From an uncultured Alphaproteobacteria bacterium (GTDB lineage Bacteria > Pseudomonadota > Alphaproteobacteria > Rs-D84): a stretch of 57,912 nucleotides of DNA. A program made the position numbers and the translations under genes. The stretch is taken from contig CALXPA010000001.1 in the NCBI GenBank assembly GCA_944390185.1, forward strand, positions 1 to 57,912, written 5' to 3'. How positions within the stretch are numbered: position 1 is the stretch's first letter; each line of letters opens with the position of its first letter. Below the pieces are notes generated by a model. The model was not told the DNA's origin, made no database searches, and saw nothing but the letters and a program-made list of their open reading frames with translations. Of the stretch, positions 38,250 through 47,428 are shown in pieces.

Positions 38250-39248
38250 ATGAAAAAAAACACCACCAAAAAAAGTTCTAGTACGCGCAAAACTGGGGCC
38301 AGTGCGGCATCCAGAACAGTCGAAAAAAAACAGGCATGTTTTAATCCATGGTCAATGTCGATTTATGTTTATTGGTTTATAATACTGTTTTTTATTGCGG
38401 CGACGTTTTATATCTTGGGGCGCAGCCACAGGGTTGATACAGCCGGTTTAAATACGGCGGGCAATGTTGAAATTACCGAAGAAGCATTGTTGCAACCATC
38501 TGATTATTATGAAACGGGCAAGGCGAAACTGGTATCTGGGGATACGCCTGGGGCGATTGCTGATTTAACGACGGCGATTGATTCTGGGAATGCGGATGTG
38601 AATATGTACATCCTGCGTGGCGAAGCGTATATGCAAATGGCAAACTATCGTGATGCGTTGGCGGACTTTAACACCGCCATTGACCAGGATCCTGTTAATG
38701 CGGTGGCGTATTATGATCGCGCGTTGTTAAGCATGCGTCTAGAAGATTATAACACCGCGTTATCTGATATAAACAATGCGCTGGCGGCCCAGACATCGAA
38801 TCCGAACCAGATTTTGCAGATGCGTGATTTATATGCCAAACGTGGCCAGTTAAATCTGTGGCTAAAGAATTGGGAGGGGGCAATCGCAGACTATACCAAT
38901 TCTTTGGCGCGTCCGGATGGCGTGGTCAGTCCGTCTGTCTATGCCGAACGGGCCGAAGCATATACGGCAATTGGCAACTATGCTGATGCGATTAACGATT
39001 ATGCGTCTGCGATTCGCGTGATATCGGAACAAATTCAGGGCGCAACAACCGCCGAAGATCGCGAAAGCCAATCCAGTGCCGCAATGGGGTATTTTGAAAA
39101 ATCAGCGGCGTTGAACGTTGCGTTGGGCAATACCGATGCGGCACGCGCAGATTTAGAATCGGCATATACGATTGCGGCGGCGTTGCTGGATAATACCAGT
39201 ATGGAACGGATTCAGGGTGTGCTGAACAATCTGACAGCGCAACAGTAA
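38250..39248 (+). CDS. Membrane-anchored TPR repeat protein
   Basis: Basic N-terminus, TM helix and at least 5 TPR-like units (...AY..RG.AY...G.Y..AI.D...AI...). Confidence 0.6.
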   Translation: MKKNTTKKSSSTRKTGASAASRTVEKKQACFNPWSMSIYVYWFIILFFIAATFYILGRSHRVDTAGLNTAGNVEITEEALLQPSDYYETGKAKLVSGDTPGAIADLTTAIDSGNADVNMYILRGEAYMQMANYRDALADFNTAIDQDPVNAVAYYDRALLSMRLEDYNTALSDINNALAAQTSNPNQILQMRDLYAKRGQLNLWLKNWEGAIADYTNSLARPDGVVSPSVYAERAEAYTAIGNYADAINDYASAIRVISEQIQGATTAEDRESQSSAAMGYFEKSAALNVALGNTDAARADLESAYTIAAALLDNTSMERIQGVLNNLTAQQ

Positions 39249-39263
39249 TTCCCGCCCAGATAT

Positions 39264-39295
39264 AAAAAAAATCCCGCGGTTGCGGGATTTTTTTT
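39264..39295. terminator. Bidirectional terminator between the TPR gene and fabZ
   Basis: Stem ATCCCGC-GGT-TGCGGGAT flanked by A7 and T8. Confidence 0.8.
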
Positions 39296-39746
39296 ATACT
39301 GCTTTTTCCATTGGATTGTGTTCATCCATGATTGCGGTGAATGTGGCCTCGGACACTTTTTTACCGCTGACCATTGCGATGCCGTGGAATTTATACAGGC
39401 GCATTTTTGACATAACCAGTTCTACGTGCAATTCCAGAACGTCGCCAGGCTTTACAAAGTGCGAGAATTTAATTTTTTCCATGGTTGTAAAGTACCCCAG
39501 TGTCTTGCCATCGTTTACCCCCATCCGTGCCAGTGCAATAAAACATGCGGTTTGGGCCAGTGCCTCGATAGTCAAAACGCCCGGCATAATGGGGTTGCCC
39601 GGAAAGTGCCCCGAACACCAGAATTCATCATCGCGAACGTATTTGATGCCGACGCCGCTGCTCTCGTTATATTCGCGGATTTCATCAACCAGTCGCATCG
39701 CCCCCCGATGCGGTATAACTTTTTCAATACCTGCTGCATCTACCAT
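39294..39746 (-). CDS. fabZ: 3-hydroxyacyl-ACP dehydratase FabZ
   Basis: Motifs IPHRGAMRLVD and GHFPGNPIMPGVL.IEALAQ. Confidence 0.93.
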   Translation of the reverse strand: MVDAAGIEKVIPHRGAMRLVDEIREYNESSGVGIKYVRDDEFWCSGHFPGNPIMPGVLTIEALAQTACFIALARMGVNDGKTLGYFTTMEKIKFSHFVKPGDVLELHVELVMSKMRLYKFHGIAMVSGKKVSEATFTAIMDEHNPMEKAV

Positions 39747-39764
39747 TTTTCTTCTCCTGTATCT

Positions 39765-40811
39765 TTATGAATTTTTTACGTTTTTGCGCAACCATGCATA
39801 GTGGCGCATAAATTCTGTTCCTGGGCCGGCGGGATATCCCATAATACGTCCGCCATCTGGGACATTGCGGAACACGCCACTGTGTGCGCCCACCTCTGCA
39901 TCGTTGCCAATGTGCACGCCATTTGCGATGCCAACCTGGCCGGCCAGCAGTGCGCGGTCACCAACAACAACGCCGCCCGCCAATCCAACACCAGACGCCA
40001 AAAAGCATTCGCACCCAACAACAACACCGTGTGCAATCTGGCACAAGTTATCAATCTTGGTCCCGTCGCCGATTTTTGTATCTGTCATCGCGCCGCGATC
40101 GATACAGGTATTTGCACCAACTGATACGCGGTCACCAATCACAACGCGCCCGACATGCGGGATAAATACGTTGTGTCCATCCTGGCGGGTATATCCGAAT
40201 CCATCCTTGCCAATAACGGCGCCGGCATTTATAACACAGTCTGCACCGATTGTTGCGTTTTCAATGTGTGCACCCGTTTGAACAATTGTGCCACGACCGA
40301 TTGTTACGTTTTTACCAATGTATGCGTTTGGATAAATCTTGACACCTGGTTCAATTACCGCACCCCGTTCGATTGTTGCGAATTGTCCCACATAGTTAGT
40401 ACGCCGATTGCGAAAAAACACCCCGCGTTCAATCACTGCATATCGACTGATGCCGCGACGTGGTGGTTCACGATATATCTCGCCCAGGATTTTTACGATA
40501 TTGCCACGCGGGCTGTCGGTTATCAGCAGTGTTGTCCCACGCGGCGCGTCGTCCACGTGTTCTGGCTGTAATAAAATAACCGTTGCGCGTGTATTTTTCA
40601 GTACATCAATTGGCAATATTTTAAACGCCGCGCTGTTTTGTTCTGTGGAATAGAATGCCAACTGGCCCGGGCGGGCATCAGCAATTGGTGCGACGCCACG
40701 GACAGGGGCATTGGGATTCCCACGTAATTCCAGGCCGAACTTTTCGGCCAACTGTCCGGCAGTTGTCTGTACAGCCGCCGGCCCGATAATAGATTTAATT
40801 TTGTCTAGCAT
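39765..40811 (-). CDS. lpxD: UDP-3-O-acylglucosamine N-acyltransferase LpxD
   Basis: N-terminal LpxD domain plus a long left-handed beta-helix of hexapeptide repeats. Confidence 0.9.
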   Translation of the reverse strand: MLDKIKSIIGPAAVQTTAGQLAEKFGLELRGNPNAPVRGVAPIADARPGQLAFYSTEQNSAAFKILPIDVLKNTRATVILLQPEHVDDAPRGTTLLITDSPRGNIVKILGEIYREPPRRGISRYAVIERGVFFRNRRTNYVGQFATIERGAVIEPGVKIYPNAYIGKNVTIGRGTIVQTGAHIENATIGADCVINAGAVIGKDGFGYTRQDGHNVFIPHVGRVVIGDRVSVGANTCIDRGAMTDTKIGDGTKIDNLCQIAHGVVVGCECFLASGVGLAGGVVVGDRALLAGQVGIANGVHIGNDAEVGAHSGVFRNVPDGGRIMGYPAGPGTEFMRHYAWLRKNVKNS

Positions 40812-40896
40812 GCCCGGATTATACCCGATTTTTTTTAAAATAAAAGCAGAAAAACACCGCCCCAGCGGGCGGTGCGATACGTTTGATATCCAGAAA

Positions 40897-41577
40897 CTAG
40901 AAACCCTGGGGTTTTTGCATTTTAACGCTGGAAATCTTTTTGTTCAGTGCATTGATTACTTCATCTGTGATATCCAGATTTTCGGCATTTGCACCAACGC
41001 GTGCAAAGCGCCCATCAATCACCAACGACAGATTCTTTTTCGCGATAACCCCTTCGATAACAGGGTCCAGATGCTGGGTCTGGATATCGTTCAAAGCCTG
41101 TTGGAATGCCACTTCGATGCTTTGTGCGCGTTCGGTCAGATCGCGTTGCAGTTCATTGACGCGGTTTTGATAATCGACAACACGGCGCTGCAGTGCATCA
41201 CGCGACAGCACATCCTGGGATTCTTCGATTTCTTTCTTTTCTGCTTCTAATTCTTTCTGTCTTTCTTCCAGTTCTTTACGCAATGTATCTTCGTATTTTT
41301 GGCGCTGTTTGGTTAAATCGACCAGTGCATCTGCCTGGGTTTGGATTGCGTCCATACGGATAACCGCCACGCGCAGTTGGTCGCCTGTTGTTGCATCTGG
41401 GGTGACGACGGTTAATGCCTCCTCTACCGTTGCGCCAGATGTTGCACCGCCGCGCAATGCACTGATGCCCCATATACCCAACGCCGCCACCGCAACAACG
41501 ATTACCGCGATAACGCCAGTCTTAACATACTTTTTTACAGCCGGATTAGCCTGTGTTTTATTTGCCATAATTTCCAT
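40897..41577 (-). CDS. OmpH/Skp-family periplasmic chaperone
   Basis: TM/signal N-terminus and a long coiled-coil (..[28 protein letters not shown]..). Sits upstream of lpxD-fabZ. Confidence 0.75.
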   Translation of the reverse strand: MEIMANKTQANPAVKKYVKTGVIAVIVVAVAALGIWGISALRGGATSGATVEEALTVVTPDATTGDQLRVAVIRMDAIQTQADALVDLTKQRQKYEDTLRKELEERQKELEAEKKEIEESQDVLSRDALQRRVVDYQNRVNELQRDLTERAQSIEVAFQQALNDIQTQHLDPVIEGVIAKKNLSLVIDGRFARVGANAENLDITDEVINALNKKISSVKMQKPQGF

Positions 41578-41650
41578 CCTTTCTTAGTGTTATGCAGCCA
41601 GTATAACAACAAAAATTTTAAAAAGAAAGCGAAACTTCATCTGATAAAAA

Positions 41651-42334
41651 TCATCGTGCCGGCACGATACGAATTTCAACGCGTCGGTTGGTCAGACGCC
41701 CGATGTCGTCCTGGGCGGCGATGGGACGTGTTGCCCCCCGGCCAACGATAAACATGCGCGTTGTGTTGATATCATGCTGGGATAAAAAGACCCCAACGCG
41801 TTGCGCCATATCCAGCGACAGTGCATCTGCCGCCTGTTGATTGCGCGTTGCATCGGTGTATCCGGCAATTTCCAGAAACGTTGCGTCGTACTTTTTTAAT
41901 ATTTTTGCGATGGTATTCAGTGTGTCTGCGCCATCTGGGGAAATGTCCGCCACATCCAGTTCCATAATTGCATCACGCACCAGAATCACGACAACATCTG
42001 TGCCGGCACGCTGGACCGATATCCCAGGCTTGCGCAATGCATCATACATTTCGTATTCCAGATTTGCCATGTAATTAACACTGACCAGGTTGTCATTCGC
42101 TGCCTTGTCCCCGTAATCCAGCGCCACCGGTGCGTCCACAGAACTGATTAATTTCCCGCCCGCCCCCAAGAACACGGGCCGCTTTGCCACGCGGGCCATT
42201 TCGGTCATATCCGTAAAACTGGCGCCGCGCAAATATGTTGACCATGTGTCACGCGCAGGACTGTGGTACTGGACACATCCTGCCAGTAATAATGATATAA
42301 CAACCAGTATTTTTCCTGTTCGCATTTTATCCAT
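41651..42334 (-). CDS. OmpA/MotB-C-domain lipoprotein, translationally coupled to the pilin gene
   Basis: Lipobox LLAGC and OmpA_C motif GYTDATRNQQAADALSLDMAQRV....NRRVEIRI. Its ATG overlaps the pilin stop (TAATG). Confidence 0.75.
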   Translation of the reverse strand: MDKMRTGKILVVISLLLAGCVQYHSPARDTWSTYLRGASFTDMTEMARVAKRPVFLGAGGKLISSVDAPVALDYGDKAANDNLVSVNYMANLEYEMYDALRKPGISVQRAGTDVVVILVRDAIMELDVADISPDGADTLNTIAKILKKYDATFLEIAGYTDATRNQQAADALSLDMAQRVGVFLSQHDINTTRMFIVGRGATRPIAAQDDIGRLTNRRVEIRIVPAR

Positions 42335-42795
42335 TATTTAACGATAAACGATACCTGGTTAGTGTTTGTTGAAAAACAGTTTGTGTCAGTCCCTGATACA
42401 CTGACCCCGTTAATTTGTACGTCTGTGGCCCATTCTGGGACGGTCGTTGCGAAATACTGGCAATCGCCATGTTCCAACTGGACCAGATTAATTGAAAATC
42501 CGGCGCCCGAATCAATCGCAGTAACAGACCATTCGTCACCCCCAATTGGCGGATATACGTTTTTCAGTGCCCCCGCAGATACCAGATAATCCACAGACAC
42601 CCCAGTATAATCACCACGTAATTCCATCAACAGTTTTGTATCGCGTGCGATATTCTGTATCTCGGTCGATGCGATTTTACGCGTCTGGTTTGTGTGGATT
42701 ACGTTGTACATTGCCACAGCTGCCGCCGTCATAACCCCAGCAATCGCCAACACGCCAATAATTTCAATCATTGATGCACCACGTTCTTGTTTCAT
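42334..42795 (-). CDS. Type IV pilin-like protein (prepilin-type N-terminus)
   Basis: N-terminus MKQERG|ASMIEIIGVLAIAGVMTAAAVAMY has G-1, E+5, G+14 and Y+24. There is a C-terminal Cys pair (GDCQYF...TDTNCF). Confidence 0.75.
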   Translation of the reverse strand: MKQERGASMIEIIGVLAIAGVMTAAAVAMYNVIHTNQTRKIASTEIQNIARDTKLLMELRGDYTGVSVDYLVSAGALKNVYPPIGGDEWSVTAIDSGAGFSINLVQLEHGDCQYFATTVPEWATDVQINGVSVSGTDTNCFSTNTNQVSFIVK

Positions 42796-42817
42796 ATCTG
42801 TCCCTTGTGTTTTTGTT

Positions 42818-44356
42818 TTATTTGATTCCGACGATTTCCGCATTTTCAAACAAACTCATCGCATCTGCAACCAACGGGTCCGCCGCCAGTTCTTCTTGTT
42901 TTTGTTCTGTGATGGTGTGCGCGTGTGGGGATTCGGTTATGCGTTCCAACGTCCACGCGTGTCCCGTTTTATCATTCAGCCATGTTGCCAAACGTGGGGC
43001 AAAATCCGCATCGCCACGACGATCAAAGTATTTAATGTGGCCGTCTGATATCTCGGACACTTCTATATTACTGGTGTAATACGAATACAACAGAATTTCT
43101 TTGGATTCTTGCAGTGCGCGTGCCAAAGAATCTGTGCTGTCGATTACGTGCGCCGTGGCGGCCGGGGCCGATGTTGATGCGGCGGGTGCGCTGTCTGTGC
43201 GGGTGCCACCATTTGATTGCTGGCGCAAGATTTCTGGGACAGACGGCATATCGGCGATGTGCATCAGGCGCACAACCAGCATATCAAAACACTGCTTTTG
43301 ATTTCCGGCCGCCTGGATTTCTGGGACGGCGGCGACCATCACCTGCCATATGCGGGACAGGGTATTCAGTGACACGCGTTCGTTTATCTGGCGAATTTGT
43401 TCGCGTTGATCGGCGGTGTACGGCGCGTTTGTTACGTCGCCCGCGTGCAGTGCCGGATGCATCCGTGTGGCCCAATGCGTCCATTCCATCATATCTGTTA
43501 ACAGCATCGACAGGTCTGCGCCGTTATTATAGATTTCATCAACGCGCGCCAGTGCCGCCGCCGTATCGCCAGATAACAATGTTTCCATCAGCGCGACAAC
43601 AACCCCGCGATCTGCACGTTTCAGCATATCCAGCACGGCCGCTTCGTCTACATGGCCGGCGGTTTGTGCGATTGCCTGGTCCAGCAGTGACAACCCGTCA
43701 CGCACAGAACCATCGGCGGCGCGGGCCAATAACTCATTTGCGCCATCCGTTAATTCAATTTTTTCTTGGTCTGCAATCCATGCAAAGTGATGTTTCAGTG
43801 TTTCAACAGGTACACGGACCAAATCGAAACGTTGGCACCGGGACAGAATTGTAACCGGCACCTTTCTGATTTCTGTTGTTGCCAAGATAAAGATGACGTG
43901 TGCGGGCGGTTCTTCCAGTGTTTTTAACAATGCGTTAAACGCACTGGTCGACAGCATATGAACTTCGTCAATAATATAAACCTTGTACCGGCCATTTGTT
44001 GGGCGGTATTGTGCCGCATCCAGTATGTCGCGCATGTTATCAACGCCTGTGTGTGATGCGGCGTCGATTTCCAGTACATCAATATGCTGGCCGGCGGCAA
44101 TTGCGCGACAGTTTTCACACACACCGCACGGCGTGGCGGTTGGCCCATCAGATGCCAGGCAGTTTAATGCCTTGGCCAATATACGGGCCGTACTGGTTTT
44201 CCCGGTGCCACGAATTCCGGTAAATATGTATGCGTGCGCAATACGGCCGGTGTTAATCGCGGTTGTTAATGTTTTGACCAAGACGTCTTGGCCAATCAGT
44301 GATTTAAAATCTTGACTGCGATATTTACGGGCCAGAACTGTATAATTATTATCCAT
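42818..44356 (-). CDS. dnaX: DNA polymerase III subunit gamma/tau
   Basis: Motifs GIRGTGKTSTARILAKALNC, a CGVCENC zinc module and DEVHMLS. Confidence 0.93.
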   Translation of the reverse strand: MDNNYTVLARKYRSQDFKSLIGQDVLVKTLTTAINTGRIAHAYIFTGIRGTGKTSTARILAKALNCLASDGPTATPCGVCENCRAIAAGQHIDVLEIDAASHTGVDNMRDILDAAQYRPTNGRYKVYIIDEVHMLSTSAFNALLKTLEEPPAHVIFILATTEIRKVPVTILSRCQRFDLVRVPVETLKHHFAWIADQEKIELTDGANELLARAADGSVRDGLSLLDQAIAQTAGHVDEAAVLDMLKRADRGVVVALMETLLSGDTAAALARVDEIYNNGADLSMLLTDMMEWTHWATRMHPALHAGDVTNAPYTADQREQIRQINERVSLNTLSRIWQVMVAAVPEIQAAGNQKQCFDMLVVRLMHIADMPSVPEILRQQSNGGTRTDSAPAASTSAPAATAHVIDSTDSLARALQESKEILLYSYYTSNIEVSEISDGHIKYFDRRGDADFAPRLATWLNDKTGHAWTLERITESPHAHTITEQKQEELAADPLVADAMSLFENAEIVGIK

Positions 44357-44422
44357 GCGAAAACTTCCTTTGGGGCCAGCATAGCAAAACGCACGAATAA
44401 TTCAACAATTAAAGTATAAAAA

Positions 44423-44722
44423 TTACTTTATATTTGTTATGAAATCTGGGAATGCGGCATCGTCATCGTCTGGTGCAGATTCTGATTCTGGTGCATCGTC
44501 GACCACCGGTGTTTTATCCCCCGGGGCGCGTGTAGAATCGATTTTTCCCTGTTCTGCATTGACGATGCGACCATAATGTTCGGCCGCCTGCATCAGGCGT
44601 TCGCGTTCAATTTCATCCGACGTTTGCCGTGCCTGGTCCATATACTGTTTTCTTTTTTGCCGCCATTTATGACAACGTTGAATCATCATACCGACGGACG
44701 ACTGGTTTTTTTTACTTGGCAT
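44423..44722 (-). CDS. DUF4167-like small basic/acidic protein
   Basis: The ...ERERLMQAAEHYGRIVN... core resembles the alphaproteobacterial DUF4167 AEHY motif, with an acidic tail. The start was chosen at the ATG at 44722. Confidence 0.4.
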   Translation of the reverse strand: MPSKKNQSSVGMMIQRCHKWRQKRKQYMDQARQTSDEIERERLMQAAEHYGRIVNAEQGKIDSTRAPGDKTPVVDDAPESESAPDDDDAAFPDFITNIK

Positions 44723-44818
44723 AATTTTTATTTCTTTATTATCAGGAAATTTATCCACCCAGGTGTTGGTTTACCACCCATGCTTAACAGTCCGCATAAT
44801 AAATCATCTCAAAACCAA

Positions 44819-44847
44819 TTGCAATATTTTTTTTCAGTTGCTAGACT
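44819..44847 (+). promoter_or_regulatory. Candidate promoter of the prepilin-like operon
   Basis: TTGCAA, 17-nt spacer, TAGACT. Confidence 0.4.
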
Positions 44848-44880
44848 GCAAAATATATACAGGGGGGGACCAGGGATAAT

Positions 44881-46236
44881 ATGCGTCAACACAGCGGAAA
44901 TTTTTTACTGCAGGCATTGCTGGCGCTGACGCTGATATTTTCTTTTATTCCGTTTTTTGCCGAACGCTTGGCGGCGCGTGACATGGATGCCCAAATGTAC
45001 GCATCGTCGCAAAAGGTTGATGTCGCCCAGACTGCTGCGCGAATTTTCATTCGCGAACGCGCAAACGATTTGCCATATAATACAACGGTTGTTTCTGGGG
45101 ACGCGTTTTCAGATTTGTTGGAACCATATGGGCTGCCGCTGGGGTTTATGCCGCGTACCGCCATGGGCCAGAACATATCACTGGTCATAGAAAAAACAGC
45201 CACCGCCGTCAGTGGATATCTGGAATTGTCTGGGGGGAATATGTCCGGGGTCCAGTTGGCAGAATTGGCGCGGCGCATCGGATTTTATGCATCTGTATCG
45301 GGGGACCGTATTTTGGTTGGCATACCACTGGACGTTGCGTATTCTGATGTTGTGCGCCGCAATGAAACGGACCTGGATAACAGTGCTTTTTTAACAGACT
45401 TGGATATGGGCGGATTCAGATTTAATAACGGGGGCCAGGTTTTTGCACGCCGTGGAACCTTTGATTCTGGCCAGTTTAATACGCTGTCTATATTCGGCAC
45501 CGAAGATGGGCGCAAGGTACGTAATTCAATTGATGTTATGATTACATCGCGTGCTGTGTTTCAAAGTGCGCTGGGGGAATCTGCATTGTCGTTGACGCGC
45601 GGTACGTTGTATGTTGGGTCAATTAACGCGCGAACGGTGTCGCAATTTGGGGACACTGGGTCTTTTACGTCGAACAGTGCATCTGTATATGACTTTGCGA
45701 TGACGGCGGGGCGCACCAGTTTTTCTGGGCCACTGGAATGGAATGTCGGCGGTGATTTGTTGACCGAGAATATAAATTTCAGTGTGGAACGTTTGGAAAT
45801 AGATTCCTATATCGATGCGTCACGTGGCCAAGATGTATATATTGACCCGGATGAATTGTCGTACAGCACACGCAGTGGTATCGAAACAGATTCTATTGTT
45901 GCATCAAACATAACGATGCGCGACCAAACATCTGATGCGTTAAACAGTGGTGAAACTGGTGCGGTCATATTGGATATTCGTCCGGCTGGGACATCTGTGT
46001 TGCCGGATTTATTGCTGGATACGATTGACAATGCTGCGTTTGATATTTTGTCTGACCCCAGTGACAGTGCCGCCAAGACAATTGATTGTCGCACAATAAT
46101 AACAGACCTGGGTGGGCGTTATAACCAGCGGTCTTTATCGCAATACATTATCTGCCAATATGTTTTTTGGCAGCGTTTGGAAAAAAGAATAGATGTAAAA
46201 CAATGCTTGTTGGATGGGCGCAGTGGTTGTATGTAA
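44881..46236 (+). CDS. Large prepilin-like protein 1 (451 aa, Gln at +5)
   Basis: N-terminus MRQHSG|NFLLQALLALTLIFSFIPF with Pro-Phe at +18/+19. Internal LTDLDMGGFRFNNGG motif. Confidence 0.6.
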   Translation: MRQHSGNFLLQALLALTLIFSFIPFFAERLAARDMDAQMYASSQKVDVAQTAARIFIRERANDLPYNTTVVSGDAFSDLLEPYGLPLGFMPRTAMGQNISLVIEKTATAVSGYLELSGGNMSGVQLAELARRIGFYASVSGDRILVGIPLDVAYSDVVRRNETDLDNSAFLTDLDMGGFRFNNGGQVFARRGTFDSGQFNTLSIFGTEDGRKVRNSIDVMITSRAVFQSALGESALSLTRGTLYVGSINARTVSQFGDTGSFTSNSASVYDFAMTAGRTSFSGPLEWNVGGDLLTENINFSVERLEIDSYIDASRGQDVYIDPDELSYSTRSGIETDSIVASNITMRDQTSDALNSGETGAVILDIRPAGTSVLPDLLLDTIDNAAFDILSDPSDSAAKTIDCRTIITDLGGRYNQRSLSQYIICQYVFWQRLEKRIDVKQCLLDGRSGCM

Positions 46237-46258
46237 AACGAAAATCTTTATCGATGAA

Positions 46259-47428
46259 ATGCGCGGGGCCAGTTTGACCGAAGTTTTACTGGCGATGGCG
46301 ATTGTGGCCATGGCGGCGCCGTTCTTGTACAGTCAGATTGTTAACAACAATGATACATTGCGTGATATTGCGGCGGCGGATGACATAATTGCCGTGCGTG
46401 ATCCTGTGTTAAATTTTATTCGCCTGAACCAGTCCCAGTGGCCAGATGTTGCGCAAATCAGATTATCTGATGAAGAGCTGGATGGAATATCTGATGTGCC
46501 GACATTTGGATTTATTGACAAGTACACTGTGCGCGGTGCAACGGTGACAGATGTGTATCTGGCGTTTGATATGGATGCCACTGACCTGCGTGTCAATCAA
46601 ATTGCGCGACACATTGGTTCAGACGCCGCGGTGGTGGGCAGTGACGGCGTCGCATATGGTGGCACATGGGCGGTTGCAGCACCTGAATTTAAGCCGGGCG
46701 ACCTGATATATCGTATCAGTCGGGATTTAACAGGCGAAGATAAAACAAAATATTTACATCGCACTGAAACAGGTGAAGAAAACCTGAACACAATGTTACG
46801 CGATTTGAATATGAATAACAATCGTGTATACGATGTTGGTGGCATCGTTGGAAAATCTGCGGAAATCAGAAATGCCACTGCCCAGTTTGTTGAAATGCCG
46901 AACCTGGGGGCGGACACGGTTTATTTTTCATCTGGGGCAAATTTAGACGGGGACCAGGCGGCATTTGGTACCATTCGCGTATCTGGGGATATATCTGGGT
47001 TTCGAAATATTTATGCAAATACTATGAACGGCCATGCATATACGACCAATGGCCAGATTATCACAGATCGCGCCACGGTTTTAAATTCAGTAAATGTTGC
47101 GAATAATCTGGTGTTGAAAACAGACACTGCGCGCACAATCAGTGCGTTTACCGGCGTCACAGCGCACACGGCATTTACGTCATACTTGAATACCGAAGAG
47201 ATAATTTTTTACGACAACTTTGGATTGACGGTATCGGGCGAATTGCTGATGTCGACGACGTCGCCGATAAAGATTGGATCGTGGACGTTTCCGTCACTAA
47301 CGCCACCGCGATTTGCGTGGCTGCACCTGGCGCGGGCCACGGTTCCGGCGGCCCCTGATGCGGCAGAATTCAGTGTATTAATGTCCGATGGATGGCAAGA
47401 TGCACAACCTGTGGGGGTATTGCAATGA
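46259..47428 (+). CDS. Large prepilin-like protein 2 (389 aa)
   Basis: N-terminus MRG|ASLTEVLLAMAIVAMAAPF with E+5 and PF at +18/+19. Internal KYLHRTETGEENLNTMLRDLNMNNNRVYDVGGI. Confidence 0.65.
   Translation: MRGASLTEVLLAMAIVAMAAPFLYSQIVNNNDTLRDIAAADDIIAVRDPVLNFIRLNQSQWPDVAQIRLSDEELDGISDVPTFGFIDKYTVRGATVTDVYLAFDMDATDLRVNQIARHIGSDAAVVGSDGVAYGGTWAVAAPEFKPGDLIYRISRDLTGEDKTKYLHRTETGEENLNTMLRDLNMNNNRVYDVGGIVGKSAEIRNATAQFVEMPNLGADTVYFSSGANLDGDQAAFGTIRVSGDISGFRNIYANTMNGHAYTTNGQIITDRATVLNSVNVANNLVLKTDTARTISAFTGVTAHTAFTSYLNTEEIIFYDNFGLTVSGELLMSTTSPIKIGSWTFPSLTPPRFAWLHLARATVPAAPDAAEFSVLMSDGWQDAQPVGVLQ

Noticed and set aside
43741-43775. Programmed -1 frameshift site in dnaX (A-rich run GAAAAAATT on the coding strand).
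   Set aside because: It is not the canonical A-AAA-AAG heptamer, and I saw no downstream stem-loop. Many alphaproteobacteria lack dnaX frameshifting.
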